Below, piece after piece: positions 51,201 to 64,000 of a DNA stretch of 64,000 nucleotides (positions are counted from its first letter, which is position 1; each line of letters starts with the position of its first letter). The notes under the pieces are model-generated. The model made no database searches. It was given only the letters and a program-made list of their open reading frames with translations, and was not told the DNA's origin. The stretch lies in assembly GCA_964016885.1 (NCBI GenBank), contig OZ024742.1, forward strand, positions 261,826,001 through 261,890,000, in the 5' to 3' direction. The DNA comes from Eledone cirrhosa (Eukaryota). Made by a program: the position numbers and the translations under genes.

Positions 51201-53293
51201 CTAGGAAATAGAGCAAAATAAATACATGGAAATAGATCACTAGTAACAAAAATATTATACAGAAAACTTAAAGAAAACTCTTTAGCTGTGTCAAAGACAA
51301 GATGACTTCCCTTATGTTGGTGCCATGATAACATGCACCTAGTACAATTTGTAAAGAGGTTAGTGGTAAGAAAGACATCCAGCCATAGAAAATGTGCCAA
51401 ACAAAGGGTTGAGAAGACTTTTCAGTTGTGTCAAAGACATGACAACCTCCTTAGTGCTGACACACCTGTTACAGTCTGTAGAGTGCAGGAACATATGTAA
51501 GCGAGATGCAGCTCCTAATCAATCTGTGAGGTCTGATTAAATACTGACTTGGTCTATAACAAATCATCCAACCTTTGCTAGCAGAGAAAATGGATTGATG
51601 ATGATGTGTATCAATGATGAAACACAAATGAACTGGGAGAAAAAAATGCATATAAAAGGAATCAGATGTAGTGTGCATATGAGAAGACTGCACTGGTATG
51701 GACATGTGATGCATATGGATGATGATCATTGGGGGCTGCAACAAGGAAGACCAAGGAAGATATTGGCAGAGGTGGTTTAGGAGATGATGAAGGAACAGAA
51801 CAAGTGGAGGGAAAAGCAACCGTAAAATGATGATGATGAAATAATTTGTTTTTTGAATAAAATGTACTCTGTATCCATCTAAAGTGCTGAAAAACAGACA
51901 GGTAAAAAAGTGTAGAGAGGAACTTTTGGCTCTAAGTACTTGACAATCTCACTAGTGCTGGTGTCACGATAAAACATACCCAGTACACTTTGTAAAGTGG
52001 CTGGTGATTGAACAGAGACAATATAGAGTCGAGAGGATTCTTTAGCCTTGCCAAATACACAACCTCTCTAGTGCTGGTGCCATAATAAAATACACCCAGA
52101 ACACACTGTAAAGTGGTAGTGCTGGTGCCATAATAAAATACATCAAGTACACTTTATAAAGTGGTACTGCTTCTGCCATGATAAAATGTACCCAGTAAAG
52201 TTATTGGTATTAAGAAGGGCATCCAGCTGTAGAAAGTATGCCAAAATATAAAATGTAAGAGCAAAATGTGTTTTTCTGACGCATCCAACCTATGGCAGCA
52301 TGGAAAACAGATGTAAAATGATGTCGAAGAAGAAGAGATAATTAACTGCAAAGATTTTCAACAGGAAATGATATTACACCTTATTTTACAGCTATTTACA
52401 CAAGGAAGCATAAATATCGATGGAGATTATCCTTTTTGTTTAGATGCCAATCATTTTTACAGTCCCTTTCTTTTGTTTATTATCAACTGTAAAGTAGGAG
52501 TGAAGCCTCTCATTTTTCTTTTATCAGTCAAAACAATGCAAGTATAACTATAAGGTTTGAACTTATTACCAGCATTTACTCTTTCTGCTTCATTCATTGT
52601 AAGAAACTAATTGAAATTAGAGCGAAAGGACGAACAAAGAAGAATTATTGCAACATTATCCTCAACATGCTGATATCGGTTGGATGAGTTGTCATGACCA
52701 AAGACATAACATGTTAGTGGGGAAGCATGTCTTGCTCAAATGTCCAATTTTTGGCATAACCTTTACAGGACTACCACTTTACAGAGTGTACTAGGCGTAT
52801 TTTATTGTAGCACCAGCTCTATCACTTTACAAAGTGTATTGGCTGGACTTTATCATGGCACCTGATTATGACAAGGTGCATTTTATTGTGGCAGCAGCAT
52901 TAGAGAGATTGATGTGACCATGGTAGAGCAAAGAGAGGCAGTAATGGAGAGGGTATGATGAAAGTGGCACTGTGGTGGGGGCAATGGTTGCTTCATATTT
53001 ATTACAGAGAGAGAGAGAGGAGGAAGGATTGTTTGACCTTTTTTTATACAAAATTGGCTGAAACTGGTTATGGTTCTATGAAACAAAACTACTCACTTTA
53101 AAAAGTTCCTATTTGAATTCAAATCATATGTTAAGTTACTATCTTAGTAATGAAATAATAATTTTAATAAGCCACTTAAAATTCTTCATTAATTAATTGA
53201 AACAGAATGTATTTCATTAGAAATAAGGTCATGAAAGGGTTAAATAGAATAACAGTTTGAAAGAAAATGGGGAGAGAATAAATATAGATGTAC

Positions 53294-53376
53294 CTGTTTC
53301 CTGACATAGTCTGCAATAAACTTCTTGACAGGTTTCGCCAGTTGTTCATCATCATAACACACATTGCCAGAGGAAC
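53294..53376 (-). CDS. SMG1: SMG1 exon (SSGNVCYDDEQLAKPVKKFIADYVRKQ)
   Basis: cccag/gtacat, phase 1-0. Confidence 0.9.
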
Positions 53377-54451
53377 CTGGGTGAAGAGAAAAGAAAAAAA
53401 AATGAAATTTATAGTTCACACCTATTAAGATTTAGCTGGCTCTTTATGAGGTTGTATCTCACAAGAGGTTTCTTGGATGATTTAATGATAGGAGCCTCAA
53501 TCCTATCATGTTACATTTAGCTGGCTTCCTATGAGGTTGCATCTCATAGGAAGTTTCTTGGGTGTTTTAATAATAGGGTGCCCAAGTTCTATCATGAAAA
53601 GCAACATGGAATTCAACCCACAACCTAGTAACTAGATCACACACCTTTATGAAAGTGAGAGAAATATAAACAACTAAATTACTGTTACGTCCATGAATCC
53701 GACAAGCCTGTATGCTGTGGGGAAAGAAAGAAATCTAATGTTTTAAGACCGACCTTCCATCATCATCAGTTTTACATCCATTTTTTCCATGCTGACATGG
53801 GTTGGAGGGTAGGATAAAAACTGGAGTATATCCTGGTCTAATATGGTGTTAAGCAATAGAGTACAAGACAAGAGAGAATGCCAGTCTGTCATAAGGTTAA
53901 CTATAGTCGCTGCTACTGGTGCTTATTCCCAGTGGAGTGGACTCGAAAGGTGTGAAATAAAGTGTCTTGCTCAAAGACACAACACACTGTGAACACTTTA
54001 AAATAAACAAGCTTGTATTATATAGCCAGTAGCTGTTTCAGACAGGTTGGTATCAAAAGAGTTAAGCAGCATGCCTCACATATAGTCAAGCTTTCATATA
54101 AAAAAAAACACTTTTGTAGTGAACAGAGCAGTTCAGAAACAAAATTAGTCACATTAAGTAAATTAAAAAGAGGGTCCTCAGAGAACAACAAGAGTTTTAA
54201 GGTGATTTTACCCCACCAAAGTAGAGTTTAACCTTGCATGTGCCAAGACATGGGGTCCTTCTTGAGGCAAGATTTTACAATTGAATGTCCTTCCTAGTGC
54301 CAAACCATTTAGTTGTCTCTCACAACATACTAGAATATTGTGTACTTATTCTAAACTGAATATACACCGAAATACAGAGTATCTATTCTAAACCAGATAC
54401 CTAATAAGAAAAACAAACAGAGAAACAAAACAAAAAAAAAAAACAACTCAC

Positions 54452-54569
54452 TATCAAGAACTGAGGAAAACTGTTGACACATTTGGAAAAAATCCTGCAT
54501 AGCCTGAAGTCGTTTCACAAAAAATAAATTTGTCATCAACACCCGTGTCTCAGATGTGAAAGAAGACAG
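54452..54569 (-). CDS. SMG1: SMG1 exon (LSSFTSETRVLMTNLFFVKRLQAMQDFFQMC...LD)
   Basis: ttcttctag/gtgagt, phase 0-1. Confidence 0.9.
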
Positions 54570-55217
54570 CTAGAAGAAAAAGAAAAAGCAAAATATGGAA
54601 AATTGATTGGATTTGTGCATTTCTGAAATAAAAACTTTTGTGAAATATTGCAGAGAGCTGGAACATATATCCTATGTGCTCATGACTGTTAAAAAGGTGA
54701 ATTTTCTTTATGGATCAACTATGGACAGCCAAGCTGTAACCAATATTAGAACTTATCAATGAAACTTTACCACTCTTCACCCATGTCCTAAGTGGATATG
54801 GAAAACATCATCCAAACTTCACAACCTAGCTTTTATATGTACATAATAGGTTGCGACTGTGTGACCGGCACAATTCCAACCTCCTAAACAGTTTCTACAA
54901 TAACTACATTCAACATTTTAATTTTTCAACCTCAATTCTTTCAAATATTTTAAATCTTAACTTGTAATGATGCAGAAAAATCTTTATAAACAAGTTTATT
55001 AATTCAAATGTTTATAGTATATTTAGTAGTAGATGAATCATTGTGAAAATTTGCTGTAAACTAAAGAATGTTTCATGTGATAGAATCATAGTAATTTGTA
55101 GTTTTCAAGAATGTCTTGCTAATGTACTTTCTTGTGGTACAGAACATTAACAGACTTAACATCCTGTAATGATTTAGCAAAAAATGTATAAAAACAGATT
55201 TAATTCAAATGTTTATA

Positions 55218-55868
55218 TTAGGTTCTTCAGAAATGAAAGCAGGTTTTATGTTTATATTTCTTGAATGCATTGTTACATGATGAATGCATTGTTACATGAT
55301 GAAAAATGAATCCTTTACAACAACTGACAATGTTCAACAGTGGTTGGACCAAGATGAAGCTTTCAAACACTTCATAAAACCAAATTTGCACCAAAAGAAG
55401 GTTATGGTGACTGTTTGGAGGTCTGCAGTTGGATAAATCAACTACAGGTTTCTGAATCCTGGTAAAACAATCACAGCAGAGAAGTATTTTGATGAATTCG
55501 ATGAAATGCATAAAAAATTGCTTTTGGTTAATAGAAAATGTCTAATCATCTTGCATGACAATGCTTGACCAAACATCACACAACCAATGTCCCAGAAGCA
55601 GAAGGAATTAAGCTACGAAACTGCCTCATCCAGCATACCCACTGGATTTTTCATCTACCACTTTTTCAAGTATTTCAACAACTTCAAACAGCTGCAAAAA
55701 AATGCCTTTGAAGAATTCATTGCTTCCAGAACTTCAGACTTTTATGTTACTGAAATAAAGAAATCTGGAGATTTTAATGGTCTTTATTTTAATCAATCAA
55801 ATTTATTCTGGACTGAGATGTGTTAAAGTTAATGTTTAAAAAACCTGTAATAATTTCTGAACAACCTG
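55218..55868 (+). mobile_element. mariner (DD34D-type) remnant, internally deleted, nested at a TA in a MITE
   Basis: Imperfect TIRs AGGTTsTTCAGAAAT..CAGGTTTT; KPNLHQKKVMVTVW, LHDNA and LPHPAY-like remnants. Confidence 0.8.
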
Positions 55869-56566
55869 TAAGTATCTTTACGAGTGAACAGATTTTGAAA
55901 ATTTGCAGTATTAAACTGAAGGTTAATTTCTAATGTGAAACAGTTATAATGATGTTTTTCATTTTTCAAGAATGTTTTGTTAACAGGAATGGCACCTGGG
56001 TATTTAGTGCCTGCAATGTGAATCCCCTTCTCTCAAATAAAATTATTTCAACTTAAGATTTGCTAAACTGATGAGCCTAGTTTACGACATTTCTTGTTCT
56101 GACCACACTAAGAAAATGACAAAGCCTGCATTTTCTACTATAAAATCCGCATTCACCCATGCCAAATTATAGGGCAGGCTACAGGACCATATGGCTACCT
56201 CCAGCACTTTGCTATGTAGCAGCGTTACGGAAATATTAAAAAATGTTTAGTAATTAATAGAGTGATCATTGGAAATTATTATATATTCAAGCTAATTATA
56301 CAAATTTGTATAAACTTGTGTGATTCTTTAAGGTTTAGTAATGTCTCTGAGGTGTACACACTAGGTGGTTGCCTTATTAACTTTAATAGTAGTTCCAGTC
56401 CTACTTGCTAATGTAATTTCATGTGGTACAGGTTATTATGAGTAAATCCTGCAAATTCTGGTTTATCAATCAAACATTAGACACTCAGAAAAACAACAAC
56501 AACAACTGATGACCTTCAATATAACACCTGCCACAATCACATATGTACAATCTGAGAGTGTTTTAC

Positions 56567-56809
56567 CTGGAAAGACTTTGCTTCCTTAATCATGTCAACT
56601 TTCTTCCAGCTGTCGGTAATCTCCATCCCTTCCATAATCTCCAAGAATCCAGCAAACTCACTCTCCAATTTGACAAAAAGCCCATTGAAGGCCATCAACA
56701 GCATCTGTCCAGGGCTCAGGTCAACAGGCTCAGTGTCACTCATCTTCAACAAGTCACTAAAGCGTTTCTCCAGCTTCAACACCACATCTAACACGTCTGT
56801 GTTACTGTT
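56567..56809 (-). CDS. SMG1: SMG1 exon (NSNTDVLDVV...SPGQMLLMAFNGLF...AKSFQ)
   Basis: ttttgcag/gtaaaa, 243 nt; ORF 56537..56815. Confidence 0.93.
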
Positions 56810-57843
56810 CTGCAAAATAAAATCAAGCCAGAAACAATCATCACACCATCATCTTGATTTAACATGTTTTCCCTGCTAGCATTGGTTGGATGAGTCTTCT
56901 TGAGGCAACTTTTATACTGTCAGATGCCTTTCCTGACACCAAAACATACTATATTTTGAAGTATAGTATACACTACAGATGGTTAATTACACTATAGATC
57001 TATATTATAATGTCTACAGCTTTTTAGTCATTCTGTCACACAAATGCTATGATCTGGCAAAAGCTTTCTTAAATTTTTATTTAAAATTTATAGAACAAAA
57101 CTGAGGAGGAGGAAGATATTCAAAACTGTTTTTATGTATACCAGAAATCAGCATTCTTTGTTAACAGAGTTGTTTGTTTGTTTGTTTGTTTCTCTCTCTC
57201 TCTCTAGTTCAGTATATATTAATGGCTTTTAAAACCATTTTGTTACCATATTTCATTAAAATTAATTACCTCTTTCACAACCATATTAGGTAACCTAAAT
57301 TAATTAACCCTTTTATTACCATATTGTTAATGAAATACACTGTCTAGGATTTTCACATCATTTTGAAAATAATAAAAAATTTGGAGGGATTTGGTATATA
57401 AATAATTTTCTTGTTATTAAAGTTTTTTTTACATAAAATTATGATGGAAGGTTTTTTAAGATAAATATGAACAGTTTCAAGTAGTTTGATATCAAAAGGT
57501 ATAAAGTTAGGTGAATAAATTAAATATTACTTATTCTGTTTGTAAAACAATGGGCTATGTACCAGTTTATATATAACAAAGGAATAGATAACAGGAGCTA
57601 AATGAAAAATAATTAATTCAATCTAAGATAAGTTTATTGTAGTTTTACTTTGAAAATGCATTTTGTTCTTCTCATACACAGAAAAATATAGCAATCTCTA
57701 TATTTTTCTCTGTATGAAGGGAATAACAAAATGTATTCATATTTGTTTGTTTTTCACAGCAAAGCTTATAATTTACACGTGAAAGAGTAATTTTTACCCC
57801 TGAACTCAACTTTTCAGATGTTTAGTGAATGTAGAAAACTTAC

Positions 57844-58029
57844 TTCAATTCCTATCACTTTGTTCCTGTGAAGAACTTCTAGCTGATGTCCAAGTTGTTC
57901 TAAGGGGCAGCCTGCATCAGTAATCATTTCATTGAGACTTTTCAGGGCAATACACACACTCTCTTCTTCAGCTTGAATTGTTTTTAGAGCTTCCGGGATA
58001 ATTATACTGCGAAAATTTACGTTTAGTTC
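57844..58029 (-). CDS. SMG1: SMG1 exon (ELNVNFRSIIIPEALKT...GIE)
   Basis: ctgcag/gtaagt, 186 nt phase 0-0. Confidence 0.92.
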
Positions 58030-58497
58030 CTGCAGAATGAAAATACATCCTTTTTTTAAAAATTCACATCAATAATTTAAATTCAAATAAACAAAATCAT
58101 CATCACCATCATTTTGCATCCATTTTCCATGCAGGCAAATATTGGATGGGTTGTCATAGTCCAAGACTAAATAGATTAGAGATCACAACTTGTTCATGGT
58201 TTCTATGGGTTCCTAAAGTCAACTATTTTAGCGAGTGAACTAGAAGCATTTTACTATGACACCAGCACTAAAGAGGTTGTCATTTAATTGGTAAAACTGA
58301 TGAGTCCTTTCTACTCTATATTGTCTCTGATCACCAACTATTTAGGTATATTTTATTGTGACATCAACATTAGAGGGGTTCCCTTTACTCTACATTGTTT
58401 CAGTTTGTTTGTCCACCACTTTGCAGAGTGTACTGAGTGTGTTCTATATATAAAATAAAAAGGTACTGAATTCATTCATTCTAAAATAAATTTTTTG

Positions 58498-58620
58498 TAG
58501 TTTTAAATTACAAGCCTTGCTGCGAAATTGTAAATGTATTTTGTCGTTCTTGTGCAAAGAGAATAACAATGTTATTTTACATTAGTTTGTTTTCACAGTG
58601 AAGCTTGTAATTTAAGACTA
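58498..58620. mobile_element. MITE; related hairpin copy at ~57640-57775
   Basis: TAGTTTTAAATTACAAGC / GCTTGTAATTTAAGACTA termini. Confidence 0.65.
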
Positions 58621-60063
58621 GTTATAAGAATACTAAATCTGCCTACAATTTTCTAATCTACACTTCATCATCATCAACGTTTAACGTCCGTGTTCCACGC
58701 TTGCATGGGTTTGGACGGGGGTTTTCCCACTTGAGGCAAGAGTGATTGTCTTGCTCGCATAGGACTGTCTGGCAGGTTTTCTACAGTTGGATGCCCTTCC
58801 TAACACCAACCACATTTACAGTGTGGGTCTGGGAGGTTTTTACCGTGTTGCCTACACGGCCACATTACAGCGTGGACTGTATGTTTTTTTGTCGTGACAC
58901 CTACACGATCTCATTTGTTTCGGCCTGGATATAAATATTTATTATTTATTTTATTCAATGTTTATTATTGTTGCACCACCATTTGTTTTGACAATGTTAA
59001 CATGCAAGTGGCTGAGTAGTCCATAGACACATTGTTCTCAGCAAGATTTAGTGCGACACACTGTATGATAAAACAAGCAATTTGATTAACAGGTACAATG
59101 TAATTTTTCCAGGTGAGTAGACTAGAGCAACACAAAAAAAAATGTCTTGCTCAAGGACACAATGCATTGTCGGAAATGAAACGATTGTGAACCCAATGAC
59201 ACCCATATTTCAAATTTAATAAGTCTTTATCTGAATCTAAAAAATCTGAAATGAGAACTATACAATAAAGAACAGATATATATGTAGAGACATATAGTAC
59301 AGTAAGGATGGGTGAGCTGTGAAATTTTAACTCTTTTGTTACCACATTTCTAACGATTTTCAAATAATTTTGACAATAATAAAGAATTTGGAAGGATTTT
59401 GTTAATACAACTAAATCTCTCATTATCAAGCTGGTGTTTGGAATGTAATTTAAAAAGGTCCTTACATAAAATCCTGATATAAGGTTTTTATGATAAATTT
59501 AAACATTTTAAAACAAACAATTCTATATCGTAATAACGTAGCTGATTTGGTATAAAAGGGGTGAAAGTGTTTATCTAAAAACCTTCCATCATAATTTATA
59601 ATTTTTATGTCCCAAACACCAGATAAATAACAAGCGAGTTAGTTATTTTACCAAATCCCTTCAAATTCTTAATTATTAGAAATATGGTAACAAAGGGGTT
59701 AAGCTATTTTGCTTAAAGGCACAACAGAAGGGTCGTAGTATGGCTATGTGGTCACTAGTTGATCACCTTGAAACCTATGAAAGTGCTTAGCCTAGTGGTT
59801 AGGGTGTGAGACTCATTATCATAAGGTCTTGAGTTTGATTTCAGGACTGGTGGAGTGTTATGTTCTTGAGTAAGATGCTTCATTTCATGTTGCTTTTTAT
59901 GATAGGATTAGGAGCCCTATCATTAAAATATCTGAGAAACCTCCTATGAAATAAAACCTTGTAGGAGGCCATCTAAATTTACAAAGATGTGAGCTAGAGA
60001 TGTCATTTGTTTTTTCATCCTGACTCCCTACAGCTGAAATTAAGTCAAAGAAAACCAACTCAC

Positions 60064-60138
60064 ATGTAGGGCAATATATGTTTTGTGTGTTGCTGTGAGG
60101 GCGTAGTGAAGCTGACGGATATCCAGTTCGGTCTCAGC
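60064..60138 (-). CDS. SMG1: SMG1 exon (AETELDIRQLHYALTATHKTYIALH)
   Basis: tttcag/gtgagt, 75 nt phase 0-0. Confidence 0.85.
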
Positions 60139-61174
60139 CTGAAATAATAAGTTTAGAATAAATAATAAATTAAGAGAGAAATTGGATGTAAATGTATCAT
60201 CATCATCACTTTCATGTTCACTCTCCAAGCTGGCATAAGTTGGATGGGTTGTAATGGTCTGAGCAACCTTATGTTGCACATATGTTTCATATTTGACAGT
60301 TTCTACAGCTAGATGCCCTTCCTATCACCCAAACCCCATATAGAATGTACTGAATGCTTTTTATCATAGCAATACCACTTTACAGATGGTACTGAGTTCA
60401 TTTTATTGTGGCACCAACACAACAATTTTAAAGAGTGTACTGGGTGTATCCTATTGACACAAGCACAACCACTTTACAGAGTGTACTGAGTGCATTCTTT
60501 TGTGACACCAACACTTTACAAGATGAACTGAATGATTTATATACGTATACACAAATATATCATCATCATCGTTTAACATCCAATTTCCATGCTAGCATGG
60601 GATAGACAGGTTATCCTGTTTGAAGCGAGTTGGGTCAAGTGACTGTGTCTTGCTCACACAGAACTGTTTCTGGCTTGGTTTCACCCAGCACTAAGGGGTG
60701 TTATCACATCTTTCATACAACTGCAGTGTCCTCTCTAGCCTTTGCTTGGAAAATTTCCTATGGCTGGATGCCCTTCCTATCACCAACCACTTAACAGAGT
60801 GTACTAGGTGTGTTTTATCATGTCACCAACACTAGAGTCCATGACACAACTGAAGAGTCCTTTCAACCGCCTTTTGGCATGGCTTCTACAGCTGGATGCC
60901 CTTCATATAACCAAACATTATACAGGGTGTACTGGGCGCGTTTATCATAGCACTAGCACTAGAGAGGTTGTCATTCAGTAACTGAAAGGTCCTGGATTCC
61001 AGGATTGGTGCACCATACATACCAGGGTTATTGGGTATATGAACAATTGATGATATAGTAATTGATGATAAAAATGATATTTTAGCAATATATTTCTAGG
61101 ATATAATTACATAAATGTTCAGCATTTATGTACAAATGATATATACATGTAATTTTGGAGAAATAACTGTTTAC

Positions 61175-61640
61175 ATGGACAAATGTAGGGTTAGGGACCA
61201 GCTGGGACTTAGCCCAGTAGACGTCCCTCCTCCTTCTGCCCCTGTTGACATCAAGTCCCCCCAACGCATTTGGGATGCCATCCAGTGCAGCCTGGCCTCA
61301 GACAGGCTCACGCGCCAGCTCGACCAGCACCGCCTTGCTTGTTTTCGTGCAGCCTCCATGCTCTGCCCTCCTTCTCCACTGGCACGCAGCTAGACAACCA
61401 TAGCCTGCGAATCGGCGTTTCCCTGAGGCTCAGCCTCCGGATCTGCCAACCACACCAATGTCGCTGCGGTTCCACCATAGACTCTTTCGGCCTCCACCCG
61501 CTTTCCTGTCGCCACAGTGCCGGCCGCATTCCACGCCATACTGCCCTCAACGAGGTCATTAAGCATGGCTTGGATGCTGCAGGCTTCCCTTCCCAGCTCG
61601 AGGGGACGGCAAAAGGCCAGATGGCATGACCATCTTCCCA
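61175..61640 (+). mobile_element. RLE-type non-LTR retrotransposon fragment (CRE-like), CCHC knuckle + start of PD-D endonuclease
   Basis: CRCG..D..GLH.LSC...GR..RH..LN motif followed by GKRPDG in a shifted frame; GC-rich patch. Confidence 0.75.
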
Positions 61641-61872
61641 TTCATTTGTTATAGTTCCAAGGAAAGTTACTATAATAATAGATGAGAAAGATGGGTAAAA
61701 TACCTCTGGAAACAGAAGTGACCCTGTCATTGTTTTACTTTTCAGAGAGTATTTGATCGGATATTATTATAGCCATTTGTCTTGAGAAGTTTACATTTCA
61801 AATTTCCTAAGTGTCAACACAATCAGCAATAGCCTAGGGTTGAATGACAGATTCTCATATTCTTGAAATTTA

Positions 61873-62349
<477 letters not shown>

Positions 62350-62562
62350 TCAAATCAACTGGAGCAGACAGCTTGTGAAATTAACGTGCAAGTGACTGAG
62401 CATTCCAAAGACGTGTACCATTAACTCTTAACATCCTACAATGATTTAGCAAAAAATATATTTAAAAAAATAGGTTTGCTAATTCAAATATAGTATTTTT
62501 ACTAGTGGACAGATCTATAGGAAAATTTGCAGTATTAGAGTAAAGACTAACTTTTAATGCAA

Positions 62563-63022
62563 TGCAGAACAGAGAGGGCACACGTCACGCAGAACAGAGA
62601 GGGCACACTTCACGCAGAACAGGGAGGGCACACGTCACGCAGAACAGGGAGGGCACACATCGTGCAGAACAGGGAGGGCACACATCGTGCAGAACAGGGA
62701 GGGCACACATCGTGCAGAACAGAGTGGGCACGCAGAACAGAGTGGGCACACATCACGCAGAACAGAGAGGGCACACGTCATGCAGAACAGAGAGAGAACA
62801 CATCACACAGAACAGAGAGGGCATACGTCATGCAGAGCAGAGAGGCCACACGTCACGCAGAACAGAGAGGGCACACATCACGCAGAACAGAGAGGGCGCC
62901 GTCATGCAGAACAGAGAGGGCACACACTACACAGCAAAGAGAGCACACGCTACACAGCAGACAGAGCACATGCTACACAGCTGACAGAGTACATGCTACA
63001 CAGCTGACAGAGAGGGCACACA
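62563..63022 (+). repeat. minisatellite, ~25-bp unit GCAGAACAGAGAGGGCACACGTCAC (~15 copies) grading into a ~23-bp variant
   Basis: Direct tandem repeats. Confidence 0.9.
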
Positions 63023-63338
63023 TGATACTAAGAGAGATACATGACCACACTGATCAAGGACCAGCAAATTATTTTTAAAACAGTAAGAAGCGACATCAAG
63101 TTTGGACCAAGGAAACTACGTCTCCACTGCTCATTCCATTTTTGATACTATTTGTCAGTTACAACACATGGCATATGCATGGCAGCTTTTCCAGTGGCAG
63201 AAAGTGGGATTTGAACTCGTAATGTAAAAGACAAAAACAAATACCACAAGACAGTTTGTCCTACACAAACAATTCTACCAATTCAGAAATGAATGCAAAT
63301 TATTTTTTAAAGAATAAAGAAGGAAATTCAACACTCAC

Positions 63339-63437
63339 CTACAGCAGCTCCTTCCATCAATAAGTAACGTTTATTAAATGAACACAGAGCTGTTACTATG
63401 ACACAGGTGAGGCTTTTTACACCCTCAATACCATGTT
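63339..63437 (-). CDS. SMG1: SMG1 exon (HGIEGVKSLTCVIVTALCSFNKRYLLMEGAAV)
   Basis: ttccag/gtgagt, phase 1-1. Confidence 0.92.
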
Positions 63438-64000
63438 CTGGAAATATAAAAAAGAAAACAAAAGGGTTAAACAAGAGATATCATGAATGTGGGGGAAATA
63501 AAGGCTAAATAATCCCAATTACAACTTTACAGGTTGTACTGTGTGCATTATCATAGCACCAGCACTAGAGAGGATCTCTGATAGTTGAAGGACAAGAAGG
63601 TCCTCTCTACTTTATACCTGATACTTTGTCAATCCTAGCAGGATATAAGTTCAAAACAGAATATCATCATCACCACCATTTAACAATGATTTTGTATGCT
63701 TACATATGTTAGACAGGTTGTCACATTGAGGCCAAACCAGTTAAGTGATCATGTCTTGCACATACATTCCATTTTGGCTTGGTTATTATGGCTGGATGCC
63801 CTTCCTAATGCCAGCCACTATACAGCATGTACTGGGTGTATTTTTTATTATGGCACCAGTATAGTAGTCAGATAAAATACATGCAGGGATACAGAACATC
63901 CATTCTAAACTATATACAACCAAATTATTTACACATATACATACATATATCATCCTCAACGTTTTTACGTGTTTTTCCATGCTTATATGGGTTGGAAAGG

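Noticed and set aside
56067-56090. CTGATGAG motifs (also ~58298)
   Set aside because: No downstream GAAA or supporting stems.
62557-63078. Three overlapping repetitive ORFs; superficially CRISPR-like array
   Set aside because: Tandem 25-bp units with no unique spacers and no cas genes; eukaryotic intron.

Overview
Eukaryotic, AT-rich DNA dense in microsatellites and SINEs; the repeat landscape resembles an octopus/cephalopod genome (inference). It holds two spliced genes lying tail-to-tail. (1) On +, an hnRNP D/AB/squid-family gene (2 RRMs, Gly/Tyr-rich tail, PY-NLS) has 7 phase-consistent coding exons at 6320-18287 plus a 3'UTR intron; its first coding exon is not visible. (2) On -, the last 20 coding exons of the NMD kinase SMG1 span 63437-21720 and end in the FATC motif LAVLYEGWTPWV*. 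Introns hold a young but defective Ty3/gypsy LTR retrotransposon (42153-45864, TSD TGGTG), a DD37D/maT transposon, a Penelope-like element with a downstream hammerhead-like motif, mariner, RTE and CRE remnants, several MITE families, a tRNA-like gene and a minisatellite. Two observations stand out. The gypsy primer-binding position is complementary to the 5' end, not the 3' end, of tRNA-Phe. The hnRNP gene, which abuts SMG1, also has a dense set of candidate stop-containing (poison) and 3'UTR cassette exons. All splice models were read by eye and need RNA-seq.
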